DNA of 64,000 nucleotides from Octopus vulgaris (taxonomy: Eukaryota), in the NCBI GenBank assembly GCA_951406725.2, contig OX597828.1, positions 8,494,001 to 8,558,000 of the forward strand, in the 5' to 3' direction. Under the pieces are notes generated by a model. It saw nothing but the letters and a program-made list of their open reading frames with translations. It had not been told where the DNA came from and did no database searches. Positions within the stretch are counted from its first letter, which is position 1. Each line of letters begins with the position of its first letter. The translations under genes were made by a program, and so were the position numbers. This document shows, in pieces, positions 28,225 to 41,437 of this stretch.

Positions 28225-29218
28225 AGAAAAGAGAACAAGAGACAGTGATAGGAGATGATATGGAATGTATACATATATATTTGAACATCTTGAAGATAAA
28301 TTCAGATACAAAATAACCTCTAGCTATGACTTAGCCAAGGAATCTCAAAGATCAAGGCCCGTCATGATCACCAAATGCACAAAACCTCACCCTAATTTAG
28401 TGGACTATTCGTATGTCTACAGTACTTTCAATCATTGTAATCATTTTCCTTAGAAACACCTAGTCTTCGACAAATTTGCTCTGGATAATACTTCTTCTAC
28501 GCCTTCCATTCTCAAGTTACACTTGAAGTGGTACTTGAAAAAGAAAGCGAAGATAGCTTTACCAAAATTGGGGATGTTTTTCCGCAATCCCTTGAGCCTC
28601 GTCCAACCTCAAACCGCCTTGCTAATTTCACAATCCAGGAATGTATAACTCGTTGTGTGTACTTTTACCAACAATGCTAGTATTTATATTTTTGTTTGAA
28701 GCGAAACATTGTGCAGTACATTTTATGCGAAATGTTACATGTATTGTTAATCCTGAAAGGTACATATATTTATATATTTCACAATTTAAATTTACACTAG
28801 TGGTTTAGAAGGATCACTGATATTATTAACAAGCTTAAACGAGATATAGTTGTACATATCATATCATTTGTGACAGAACATGAAACCATGTAGATGAAAT
28901 TGCTTCTTATGGTATAATTCTGTAGCTAGTTATTTGCAACTATTCTGCTTTTATGTATAACTGTAAAGCAGGAAAAGCCTAGGATGGAGTGAAATCTGAA
29001 CAATTTACTTATAAACTATGTGAGAAACATATGTATTTATTGAGGGTAACTCAAATTACCGAATAGAAACATTCTTTTCAAATGCAAATTATCAGGTTCT
29101 AAATCTTGCCACAGAGTATAAAATTTATTGCTGAGTATTATTTTGGTGCGGGCTACCTCGTTTAATTAAGCACACTTTTTCTCACGTGTTTATCCCGCAT
29201 AGTAGATTTATAGATATA

Positions 29219-29640
29219 CTAGCAATATAGCCCGGTGTTGCTCGGGGTCTTTTTTTTTAGCTGTGTTTAAAACGGCAGACTTTCATGTCGCCTTAACAAA
29301 ATTTTCACATAGTTTCAATCTTTTTGGGAAAGTAAAATTTTGCATTATGTAGCTTTTTCGCTCGAAGTGAACATTTTTCTGGTTGAAATACTCCGAAAAT
29401 GGCGACACAGTAGTCACAAAATCGTAAAAAATAGGGATTTTCATAGAAAAAAAGCACTTTTTCATGTGAATAATGTTTGGTCTTAACATGGTCCGATTTG
29501 AATTTTTTCTTCTACGAAATAAAGAACATGCTCTCTATCATACTCTCAATTTTGGTCAACTTGCGCCGTAGGGTCTCGGAGGAGATAGTGTTAGTTGAAG
29601 GCTACCAAACGTGCCACACACTCACAACACACAACTTCAG

Positions 29641-29675
<35 letters not shown>

Positions 29676-29676
29676 A
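29219..29676 (-). mobile_element. Non-autonomous Helitron
   Basis: Minus strand A|TC...CTAG|T with subterminal hairpin CCCG-agcaacac-CGGG (29231-29246); both ends shared with 56366-56665. Confidence 0.8.
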
Positions 29677-30052
29677 TATGTTCCACTGACTGTGAACATA
29701 ACTGCTACACATGAGGCTCATTTTTTCAAACTGTAAGTACTTCTGCAAAAGGCATGATAATTTCGAGTTGCATCCTCTAAATCTCAAAGGTTCAACTCAA
29801 CTCGAATTATTTTCTGAATGCAATCGATCATTCTAATCCTCCCTCATCGACTATCTAACTGCTGCAATATTTTCATTGTTGTGTTCTATGTGGTACCGGT
29901 AACTTACTTCTTTACCTTCTTGAACACACAGGCAAAAAATACATAGCGATAAATTATGTGCAACTGTGGTGGAGGAAGCACGGACAATAGAAAAGTATTC
30001 GTGGATTTAGAATTGAGAAGTCATCACTCCGTTACCAGACAAACAAAATATA

Positions 30053-30453
30053 ACAGCGAACAAGGGTCAGTCGGAATTTAGAGACGGTCAGAATTTAAGC
30101 AGAGGGGGGGGGGGAGAAGCGAGTAATTTACTTAACGAAATTCTAAGAGATGGAGCTAAGAGATGGTAAAATAAAAGTATTTTACCATACGATGATCGAG
30201 ACGTCAAGCTAAGAACATTTTTCTCTTCCTTCTTTCTTCTCCCTCATTTCTCCATTCCTAGTATCCTCTCGAGTTAGCTGCCTAAATGTTTTCAGTACTG
30301 ACAGTTTGCTGTTGTGTTTAAATGTTTTCATCACTGACAACCTGTTAGTTTTTAGCTCCATCACTTAGAATTTCGTTAAGTAAATTACTCGCTTCTCCCC
30401 CCTCTGCTTCAATTCTGACCGTCCCTAAATTCCGACTGACCCCTGTTTGCGGT
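30053..30453. repeat. Inverted repeat, ~105 bp arms (30053-30159 / 30352-30453)
   Basis: gagaagcgagtaatttacttaacgaaattctaag and its reverse complement are both present. Confidence 0.9.
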
Positions 30454-30479
30454 CCAGGCCATTTTTATATATATGTATA

Positions 30480-30551
<72 letters not shown>

Positions 30552-30553
<2 letters not shown>

Positions 30554-30755
30554 AAGTTAATCCAAACATGAAAACACAACAACGTGAGGACGTGGAACAA
30601 ATATAGTATTATTGGACGCTCAGGAAGGAAGCAAAGAAGGAGAGTTTAACGTTTCGAGCGGAGCTCTTCGTCAGAAACATTGGAAAAGGAATGATCCAAA
30701 GAAGGGAAGACGGAGGAAATAAAATTGCCAACTGCACACACGAGGTCACATTTTG
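30552..30755 (-). mobile_element. Non-autonomous PLE-like element (P1-related) in (TA)n
   Basis: Flanked by TA arrays; same layout as 19080-19285; carries an HHR. Confidence 0.7.
30644..30678 (-). ncRNA. Minimal type I hammerhead with palindromic stem III
   Basis: Minus strand GTTT-CTGACGA-A-GAGC tcc GCTC-GAAA-CGTT-AAAC. Confidence 0.75.
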
Positions 30756-30756
30756 A

Positions 30757-30788
<32 letters not shown>

Positions 30789-30796
30789 ATATATAT

Positions 30797-31009
30797 TAGT
30801 GGTTAGGGCAGCGGACTCGCGGTCGCAGGATCGCGGTTTCGATTCTCAGACCGGGCGTTGTGTGTGTTTATTGAGCGAAAACACCTAAAAGCTCTACGAG
30901 GCTCCGGCAGGGGGTGGTGATCCCTGCTGTACTCTTTCACCACAATGGCGGTGCCCCAGCATGGCCACAGCTCAAGAGCTGAAACTGGAAAAAAAAAAAA
31001 AAAAAAAAA

Positions 31010-31010
<1 letters not shown>
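30797..31010 (+). mobile_element. SINE family C head joined to a family A-like 3' end, with an A-tail
   Basis: 30797-30944 matches 21735-21882 reversed; then tggcggtgccccagcatggccacag and an A run. Confidence 0.75.
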
Positions 31011-31088
<78 letters not shown>

Positions 31089-32511
31089 CATAAACGTATA
31101 CATATATATTTACATATATATATATACTTATACATGTATCCAATAATTTATCAAAGATACTTCACGAACGATATATATCAATATTCGGAAGATGGGGCTT
31201 TGTATCTTTCTTAGAAACGAACCCTTTCCACAGAGGAAAAATTCAAATAATTATATGTATATATGTATACTTTTGTACACATGCATACACGCACGCACAC
31301 ACATACATATACTCGCATATATATGTATATATATAATCATTACCCGTTTATATGTCTCGCCTTATTTAACAACACCGTGTAAATTATATTTTTGCAGGTA
31401 AGATTCGTCTCGTGTGATAACTGATTGTTAATAAAGTAGTGAAATACGAAATTTGGAACCACAAATTTACTTCGTCTAATTTTATTGGTATATGCATTTT
31501 TAAGCCCGTAACTTATCAATTGCAATTCCAATGAATTATTTACTTGCAAATATAGAAAAAAATTAGATTATTTTCTGATGAATTTGCCCCAATATTCTAT
31601 TGTCTAGTTTATGAACATCTAGTTCGATGAAGTAAATATATTGTAAATCTACCGAGATGTTACATCTAAGCTTCCAAAGAATATAGAAATTTTCTGAATT
31701 ATACGCAAAACACAAAAATTTGTGCTCAAGAGAAGATAAACGTAACATAATTTATAGTTATTTCAAAAATTAAACTGAAATTAGTGATTAAAATAGATAA
31801 CGGAATTTGACATTTTACATTTCTGCAGCATCTTGTCGCATATGTTTATCTAATTCAATGGTTTATCTTTATGGAGTTTGGTTATTGACAGTTGAACTTT
31901 TCAGTGACGACGAGATTCTTAGCTATATATTTGTTGCCCTCATAACTATATTTGTGCTCAACAATCCCTAAAATTTTGGTATTTAATTCAAACTTATGTG
32001 AATGGTTGTTAGGATGCATATCTCGAAAGCAGAAAGGCATACGAGAAGGTTAAATGTTCAGCAAAGAAAATATATCAGTGTCTTTTAACTTCCGTATCTG
32101 TTGAAATGTCATGCATTTAATTGTGAAATGGAACTTGCTCAAATAAGTAGAACTAAAACGGAAGCAGAACAAAGAGATACGAAACGAGGAAAACGTCACA
32201 TCCAGTGGCTGTGAATGATAAACGTTAATAAGTTAAAATGTTACTTGGCGCTTTCATAATTCACTATTGTAAAGTAAAATGTCTATATTTACGACATGCC
32301 AGTAAACTGTAAAAGGAAAATATATATCATACCTTTATCCAATATATTTTGAATACTTAGTCATAGTACGAAATCTAAAAACATCAAGGGAGTTAATTGA
32401 AACTGAATAGAGTAACTTATCTTTTTCCGGAAAAAGAAAATAAAAAGGAAGTATGCGACAGGGTGTCCAAGATACACGGTGAAAAGCATATACATATATG
32501 TGTGTGTGTAA

Positions 32512-32565
<54 letters not shown>

Positions 32566-32921
32566 ACATGTAAATATTTATAGGGTTATGTATGGAAATT
32601 GCAAAAACTGAAACTATGCAAATGATGTAGACTCGTGTATAAGCATAAAGTTAGTTCTATATTTACAGGACAAATGATGTAATAACATTACAAATAATTA
32701 CAATAAATCTGCCTCCGTTGTTAGGATAGAGACGACGGTTGGGCGATTTTACGGTAACGTTTATATTCCTTCTCTAATGGTTGAATATCTTCGACTTTTT
32801 GAAACACCCCATCTGCCATTATAAACATTAAAACTATTTCATAATTCCGATCTCCCAGAATCAACTATCGGATGTGGAATACCATGCCATTTCCCCTAGT
32901 TTCCTGTATTTTTGTACCATA

Positions 32922-33331
32922 ATTTTTTATTGTCCACAAGGGGCTAAATATAGAGGGGACAAACAAGGACAAATGGATGAAGTTGATTACATCAAGACCC
33001 GTACATAACTGGTGCTTAATTTATCGACCCAGAAAGGATGAAAGGCAAAGTCGACTTCGGCGAAATTTGAACCCAGAACGTAACGGCAGACGAACTACCT
33101 ATTTCTTTACTACCCACAAGGGGCTAAAGACAGAGAGAACAAACAAGGACAGACAAAGGGATTAAGTCGATTATATCGACCCCCGTACGTAACTGGTACT
33201 TAATTTATCGACCCCGAAAGGATGAAAGGCAAAGTCGACCTCGGCGGAATTTGAACTCAGAACGTATCGGCAGACGAAATACGGCTAAGCATTTCGCCCG
33301 ACTTGCTAACGTTTCTGCCAGCTAGCCGCCT
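32922..33331 (-). mobile_element. SINE family B, partial tandem dimer with 15 bp TSD
   Basis: Full copy ~33097-33331 plus a repeated 3' part ~32922-33096; TATTTTTGTACCATA at 32907-32921 and 33332-33346. Confidence 0.9.
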
Positions 33332-33561
33332 TATTTTTGTACCATATGTCAACTGTGTCTCTATGCATATACACGCGTGTTCATTTGCTAAATATTTTGA
33401 CTTTTGGTTCACTTTATAAATATTCTTATAATATATTTACATGTGTATAGGCATGTACATATCAAGGCTAAGAGTGTTATATAAATCAGCTTATAATTCA
33501 CTGTCTCTCTCGTCACTTTCTAATTCTCTCTGTATATATGCACATACACACATACATTGTT

Positions 33562-33890
33562 CTGGGTTCAGTCCCGATGCGTGTCTTCTACTATGGCCTC
33601 GAGCCGTCCAAATCCTTGTGAGTGGATTTGGTAGACAGCCACTGTAAGAAGCCCGTCATATATATATGTGTGTGTGTTTGTGTGTGTGCGCTTGTTTGTG
33701 TGTATGTGCTTGTCCTCCAAACATCGCTTGACAAACGATGCTGGTGTGTTTACGTCCCCGTAGCTCAGCCGTTCGGCAAAACAGACCGATAGAATAAGTA
33801 TTAGGCTTACAAAGAATACGTCCTGGGGTCGATTTGCTCGACTAAAGGCAGCTTTGTCGGCAGGGCCGCAGTCAAATGACTGAAACATCT
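33562..33890 (+). mobile_element. SINE family A, 5'-truncated
   Basis: gggttcagtccc...ccttgtgagtggatttggtagac...accgatagaataagta...gtcaaatgactgaaac. Confidence 0.85.
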
Positions 33891-33929
33891 ATAAGAGCCA
33901 AAGTGTGTGTGTATATATATATATATATA

Positions 33930-33990
<61 letters not shown>

Positions 33991-34014
33991 CATATGTACG
34001 TATATATATACACT

Positions 34015-34048
<34 letters not shown>

Positions 34049-34269
34049 TTATATTAAATATTAAAAATAAATAATATATATATATATATATATATACATA
34101 TACATACATACATATGTACGTATAAACACTTATATATATATGTGTATATATATACATATATTTATATATATACATATATATATATGTACATATATATATA
34201 TATATTGACAAACCATGTGCAACGACAAATAATGTAGACCTGAATATCGTTCAAAATTTTCAAGTTACA

Positions 34270-34500
34270 CCATGCGGAAACACTGGATAAATACATACCA
34301 ATATTGAGAGAAATTATGATGAAGAATCTGTGTTCAGGAGATAAAAGATAAAACCGGTAATTATACGAGGCGCCTAGATAGGAAAGGAGACATGTTCGAT
34401 AACAAAGGCGGAATTCAATTAATTCAGAATGTGAATGCAAAACCGATCAAGGCGATAGTCTCCGATGTTACCAACATATAAATAACTGTAAGGTTTGCCT
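34270..34500 (+). mobile_element. Possible very old RLE-LINE C-terminal remnant
   Basis: LDKY...IKPVIIRGA weakly resembles KY.DL...PVVIGALG. Confidence 0.25.
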
Positions 34501-35163
34501 TTGTTACAAGATAGGACCGTATTAAAGGTATATTCGAAGTGGTTCATGATTTGCAAATAACCTACGTAATAAACAGTCAATTATTACAATTCTTTTCTAA
34601 CACGAAGAACGAATGCCTTTTCTCTTCCTACGTATTACGATATTCGGACATGATCCTGATGTGCGAGGCCTTGACGTAAACTCTGAAAATTTATCCTAAA
34701 GTCACAAGCATAAATATAGTGTTTATTGTTCTAAAATCTATCACACAGCACCATTATTTCTAAAAAAGAACTATCATTCTCTGATTACTCTATATAGTTT
34801 ACGCTCTATAATCCTTTCCTAGTATGTTTCATAAGGAGATAAATCCCTGTGTGATATTTTAGCCAGAAAACTCCATTCTTCTTGTTAAACAACTTCCATC
34901 ACGTTTCGATACGCCCAATCTGATCGCTACACCTATCATCTCCTATGCAAAAATTCACTTGCAATTAGTTAAATTCACACTTCTATCACACTGATAATTT
35001 TCTGACCATTTTTCTTTTGTAGCATTAGCAGTTCCGCATATCCTATCCAAAGTAAACTGTTGATGTTAGGAACGTAGTGGTTGTAAGAAACAACGTTCAG
35101 TTGAACGCTTTCGCAAGCCTCTTCATAATATTTGGAATATATATATTTGTGTGTGTGAGTGTA

Positions 35164-35325
35164 GTGACTGTGTGGTAAGTAGCTTGTTTACCAACCACAT
35201 GGTTCCGGGTTCAGTCCCAGTGCGTGGTACCTTGGCTAATTGTCTTCTACTGTAGCCTCGGCCCGACCAAAGCCTTGTGAGTGGATTTGGTAGATGGAAA
35301 CTGAAAGAAATCCGTCGTATATATG

Positions 35326-35394
<69 letters not shown>

Positions 35395-35580
35395 TTGTGT
35401 GCTCGTGTTTGTCCCCTCCAACAAAGCTTGACAACCTATGGTGGTGTGTTTGCGTCCCCGTAAATTAGAGGTTCGGCAAAAGAGATCGATAGAATAAGTA
35501 CTAGGCTTACAAAGAATAAATCCTAAATGTGGTGCTCCAGCATGGCAACAGTAAAATGACTGAATCAATTAAAAGAGTAA
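35164..35580 (+). mobile_element. SINE family A, full length
   Basis: tRNA-like head (GTGGTAAG...GGTTCAGTCCC), internal (TA)n(TG)n tract, tail aaaagagtaa. Confidence 0.9.
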
Positions 35581-35583
35581 TAC

Positions 35584-35690
<107 letters not shown>

Positions 35691-36205
35691 GTTATAGGTA
35701 CATACATAAATGCATATGAGAGATTTTCGTATCCAGAAGACCCAAAAGGATGCTAAGGCTACGTAAGTGCTAGGAAAAGACAGCTGTTAAACACCCGGTA
35801 CTATAATAGTGAGGAATCTTAAGCGGGTCGTGTTTGAGCATGTATATGTTAAATGAAATAAGATGCCAAGGCCGAGGCAATGTGATATGTCAAGGACATT
35901 TATAGAGAGAAAGGTGCTCTGAGAGTTGTTTCAGGGAAATAAATGATAATGTGCAGATATCATCTTCACACTTACCATTTGAAATAAGAACATATAAATT
36001 CCTATCAAAATTTACACACCATAGACAAGAAGCCTGTTTATTCATTCTACAAAGCATATATCATGGATAACGGAACAACTTTATCATCCAACATGTATTG
36101 TTATTTTCATATTACCCTTTTTACGTTCTGTATCACTCGCTTTTCAGAAAAATTTCTCATATTATGAACTCTACTTATTCCTTCTAGGGAAACTCTCTTA
36201 GCTCG

Positions 36206-36251
36206 TCTCTGATGGTGGGATATCATTCATCACCCTGAAACTGCTGTAAGA
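36206..36251 (+). ncRNA. Degenerate type I hammerhead-like motif
   Basis: TCT-CTGATGG-T-GGG...CCC-T-GAAA-CTGCTG-TA-AGA; A9G, and stem III is one change from CAGCTG. Confidence 0.55.
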
Positions 36252-36380
36252 TCACCTTTTTTTTTGTAAATGTCCTAGACATGTCATATTTCCTCCATCA
36301 ATGGTTGTTACCTTATTATCATTATTATTATTATCATCATCATTATTATTATTATAATTATTATTATTATTATTATTATT

Positions 36381-37248
36381 CTATGTTTGACTTTTGCTTT
36401 ATATTTGTACAAGTTGGCTCCAAGTCTCACCCAGAAACCTCAAGAGACAAGAGGTTGGAAGTTCATGTTGTTGTTAGTATGCCATATATTTGGGAGGGGG
36501 GGAGTTTTTGGTGTTGTACTAATGAATGTCTAAAAAAAAAATTTTTTTTTTTAAATTTTAAACCGATAATAATTATGTTTGTTTTAAACCTTGAGATTAC
36601 ATAGAAAGTATTTTGCGTAGGATATGAGCAGTTCCCATGAGCACTATCTTTTGAATTTCTGCCATTTTTGGGTTTCCTGGTATCTAAGTTAGGTAGCTAT
36701 CAGCCCCTTTTGCTATCATTCCCAGGGCACCTATGACAACAGGTATTGTTTTAATCTTCAGGTTCCACATTTTGCTGATTTCTATTTCAAGATCTTTATA
36801 TTTGCTCAGTTTTTGGTAGGTCTTGACAAATACGTTTATATCGATTGGGACAGTCATATCAATGAGGAGGCATGTTCTTTGTTTGAAGTCTTTCAATATG
36901 ATGTCTGGCCTATTTGGATCTATCTTTCTGTCAGTTTGAATGGTGAAGTTGTGGTCATTTTCAAGTACTGGTGGTGGTTTGTGTTCCCACCAGATTTTTT
37001 CATGGGGCAAATCCAGGTTTTTGCAGATTATCCAGTGAATATATTGTGCAGCTCTATCGTGTCAATTGAGATACTCTGTAGGCGCTAGAAGACTGCACTT
37101 GGAGACCACATGGTCAATGGTTTCATTTTGTTGCTGGCATACACGACACGTTGGACTGCTTCTGATATTTAATATGTTGACCTGGTAGTTTCTTGTTGGT
37201 AGGCATTGATCTTGAGCTGCTTTGATAAACCCCTCTGTTTCAGATTTT
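36381..37248 (-). mobile_element. R4/Dong-like LINE 3' fragment: CCHC knuckle, RLE endonuclease and 3' UTR
   Basis: KSETEGFIKAAQDQ...CRVCQQQNETIDHVVSKC...HDRAAQYIHW...NRPDIILKD...IDMTVP...KYKDL...PVVIGALG; (ATT)n on both sides. Confidence 0.92.
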
Positions 37249-37269
37249 ATTATTATTATTATTATTATT

Positions 37270-37683
37270 GAGGGAGAGAGCAGTGCATGCCATCAAAGTG
37301 ACACTGGGGTAAAATATACGAAGCCCAGTATACCCATCATGACTACCCGTCTGATAAGGGTACACTAGGCACATGCATCACAACCATATGTGCGCGACAT
37401 GGTGATCTCATATCAAAATAAACAGCACATGACCTTGTAGGGGGGGCCCAGTTAGAATTTTCTTCAGGTTGAGTAGCCCATCCCGCTCAAAAGGTCCCTG
37501 AATAAGGGTTGTTTAAGGATGTTGAACGAAACACTCATGTTTCCAGAGGTGAATTATTCAAACCCCAAAGAATCCCTCTCAACACATGGCTATGATGCTC
37601 CCCCACTATTTCTGCTCGTGATCAGAGATGCACATATCGTCAGCCACTAAGGGACATGCTCAACTGGTTAAAGTCAAACAACT
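37270..37683 (-). mobile_element. 3' UTR-like fragment of a second (TAA)n-associated retroelement family
   Basis: Bounded by (ATT)n on both sides; diverged plus-strand homologue at 53385-53530. Confidence 0.7.
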
Positions 37684-37738
37684 ATTATTATTATTATTAT
37701 TATTATATATATGTATATATATGTATATATATATGTAT

Positions 37739-37856
37739 AAGTTTCAAAATACTTGCTCCACTTTAATTCTGATTTGCGATGACTTCTCTCTCAATATGAA
37801 ATAGCACTATATATATTTCTATTAAATTCTAAACCTGTCTGATTAGTATCAATTAC

Positions 37857-37922
<66 letters not shown>

Positions 37923-39019
37923 GTAAGCATGTGCCCATGTAGTCGATGATGTTCATCGTTTCGCATCCTATTCTCGGTTTCTCCATTAAGTTTCCTGTCC
38001 TACCTCTGACCTCACACATTCTTTGTACTCTTAGATGACTAGTGTCTTACTACTACATTGTACATTTCCCATACTAAAACATTTCCCATACCAAATTAAT
38101 AGCATCATTTCATATAGCAACGGCTTCTGTTTCGATATCCACATCTTACATCTCCTCTATACTCCTAACTTTTCTCTCTGCGAGACGTTAGTCTTTTCTT
38201 ATTTATGGGGAAAAAAGCCCATCATTTTAGCTATCTGTGTCTTTGTCAGGCTGTCTGATTGTCTCCCTCTTCCTGTCACTATCTCTCTCACTATCAGTCT
38301 CTCTGCCTGTCTATCTCTCTGCGCACATGCACAAATACATAGAGACGCTCAACCGCTGTCAATATCCACAAACAATAACCCTTTTTGAGATTAGCCTCAG
38401 CCTGCCAATCAATGGTTCACAACTGCATTATTGGATGTAGATGTGCACTATCTTTTTTTTTTTAATTATTTGAACACTTCCTATAGAGAATTAATATATG
38501 CCTTTATATGTCAGCATGTCTTTGTGTGAGTGCATGATTCTGCGTGAGTTTTGCTGGATATTACACAAATTCCAATTTCTTTCATGCCCAGACCAATTAT
38601 AAATTTTATTTAGCCGACGGAGATATATAGGAAATGTTTATTTTTTCGTAATTAAATCTGTCAGGATAAATTTTAATTTTGTCATTAAATCTAACGAAAA
38701 AAGGTCATCTTAAGAAAGGATATTTAAAATTACTAGACGTATTTCAATGGAACGTTTTAAATATACTGCTATTAATTACTCTGGGAATATCTTTCAGCGT
38801 TGATTTCCTGTCATTAAAAAATAAAAAAAAAATAAACGCAATTTAGAAAGAAAAGATTCAAAGTTATATACGAACAATGTGTACTTGTGTGTGCGTGTGC
38901 GAGTTTATATGTGTGTGTGTGTGTTTGTGTATGTGTGTGTGAATGTTTGTCTGTGTTTATGTGCGTATATATTTTAATATATTATATATATATATAAATA
39001 TATGTACATATATATATAC

Positions 39020-39071
<52 letters not shown>

Positions 39072-39569
39072 TGTGCGTATGTATGCGCATATACAAATGT
39101 ACTGTATATGGATGCATGAATATAAAGGATGTTTTATTGAAAAGAGCATCACACACGCACAAATATATGTGTGTGAATGTGTGAATATATTTGTGTGTGT
39201 CTGTAATGCTTTTGCGTGTATTAGAATCAACTTTTAACTTAATGTTATTACTGTTAATGGAGATAAAACTCTTCCGAATTACTTTATATACGAAAGTTAA
39301 AACAATATTAAGTTCTAGGAGAAAACTGAAGACAGTTAACTTAGTTTGTATGCATTTATTAAACATAGAATTCTAATTGCATATATTCTTATATTATAGT
39401 GTTTTTCTGTGCCATTACGTAAGTTTTATATATTCACAAACTTATATTTGTGTAATTTATACTAATCAGACAGGTTTAGAATTTAATAGAAATATATATA
39501 GTGCTATTTCATTTTGAGAGAGAAGTCATCGCAAATCAGAATTAAAGTGGAGCAAGTATTTTGAAACTT
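37739..39569. repeat. Near-perfect inverted repeat, ~127 bp arms (37739-37865 / 39443-39569)
   Basis: Two mismatches seen by eye. Confidence 0.92.
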
Positions 39570-39815
39570 CATTTATTTATTTCCCAATGGTGTTGCATCA
39601 AATCTGCTTTCCAACAGAGTGTTTATCTTTTTAGATTTATCCTCTTTCTGTTTCCATATTTCCTCCCAAAATTCTTATTTGTGTTTTAAAATTTGCTGGA
39701 CAAATACCTGTGTTATTCTCCGACTTTTATTATTTGTTCTTTATTTATTTCATTTACGAATAATGATAATGGTCTCGAACTACTCTTTTTGTTATGCAAA
39801 TTAAAAGAACGTACC

Positions 39816-40040
39816 TATTTCTTAACAACCCACAAGGAGTTACACACACAGAGGGGACAAAGAAGGATAGACAAAGGGATTAAGTCGATTACATCAACCC
39901 CAGTGCGTAATTTATCGATCCCGAAAGGATGAAAGGCAAAGTCGACCTCAGCAGAATTTGAATTCAGTGCGTAAAGGCAGACGAAATACGGCTACGCATT
40001 TCGCCCGGCGTGCTAACGTTTCTACCAGCTCGCCGTCTTT
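39816..40040 (-). mobile_element. SINE family B with imperfect 16 bp TSD
   Basis: Matches 33097-33331; attaaaagaacgtacc (39800) and attaaatgaacggacc (40041). Confidence 0.9.
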
Positions 40041-40628
40041 ATTAAATGAACGGACCAGTGATGAACAAAAATACATTTTATGTATTCCAATTAATTTTCA
40101 ACAACCGAAAAACTAAATCTTCCTTAGAAAATCGTTCACCCGTAAAGGAATTTTCTTCTCATTTACAATAACGACACTCATTATGAACAAATTCTTGAAA
40201 TTTTGTTTTTCATCTCAAATCCCTAAGCATTGTGGATCAAATGAGTTCACAAAAGAAAGCGAAAATTGAAATGAAAATTTCCGAATTTTAATTACTAGAC
40301 TTAAATTGTGCTAGGTAACGCCGTTTTTAAACGCATAGAAAATCGAGATAATTCTATCTTTCAGTTATTGCACGGTTTTACAACTTTGGCATCCTCTATA
40401 AAAAAAAATAGAGCGAAATATAAACCAAGTGATATATAATGTCACATGTGACAACTGTTCATCCATATGGATTCGATAGGTGTCAGTCTGGGACCAAAAG
40501 GGCGTTGACAAGTGCAAACAGCCAGTATATAAATATATGTTCGAGTCACTGGAGTACATCAAATACAAGGACAATTGTATTCGGAATAATATAAACGAAA
40601 AAATACAATAATATCAGATAATTGCACA

Positions 40629-40942
40629 AACAGCATTCAGAGAGTGCAAACTTCAACCAAGGCGACACCAACATCCTCTCAACGTTTAGGTGGAGATGAA
40701 ATAAATTCGACTGTTCTCTCAAATGGGAATACTAAAAATGAACCCGACCGCTCTAAAAAAAAAAGCAAAAAAGCAAGAAAAATAATCCGGAATCCTTGTC
40801 CGGTACCGGATCAATCCAAAACTCTAATCAGTTTGTACCAATCACAAGGCCAAACATCCCTCAAAGCTTCATCCGAATCCATCAACAGTTGCAAACCCGA
40901 TTGATAAACAATACATCCACCTTCATTAAGGTAAAGGTAAAT
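40629..40942 (+). mobile_element. Helentron/DINE-like non-autonomous element, decayed
   Basis: Terminal stem-loop remnant tacatccaccttcattaaggtaaaggta, a matching subterminal repeat near 40648, and the internal palindrome tccggtaccgga. Confidence 0.45.
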
Positions 40943-40943
40943 A

Positions 40944-41084
40944 TGGCTGCATGATATGAAGTTTGCTTCCTAATCACATAGTCCCCTCGTGCTGCACTTT
41001 GGACAAGTGTCTCTTAACTATAGCCTCCGGCCGCCCAAAGCCGTGTATCCAGATTTGGTAAACTAAAACGGAAAGAAGTCTGAC

Positions 41085-41131
<47 letters not shown>

Positions 41132-41330
41132 TACATATGTACATGTATGTATGTGTGTGTCCACGCGCGCGTGTCTGTAAGTCTTTGTGTCAGTGTTTGT
41201 TACCCGTTTGTGATGTGTTTAACCGTAAATAAGCAGTTCGACAAAAGGATAAATCCTGGGATCGTTTTCTCCGACTAAAATCTTTTCACGCCGTGCTCCA
41301 AGTCCGCAGTCAAATGACTGAAACAAAAAA
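40944..41330 (+). mobile_element. SINE family A, diverged
   Basis: Colinear with 35164-35580, including the internal TA tract. Confidence 0.8.
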
Positions 41331-41406
41331 TGATGAAGGAATATACATACATACATACATGCATACATACATACATACATACATACATACATACATGCAT
41401 ACATAC

Positions 41407-41437
<31 letters not shown>

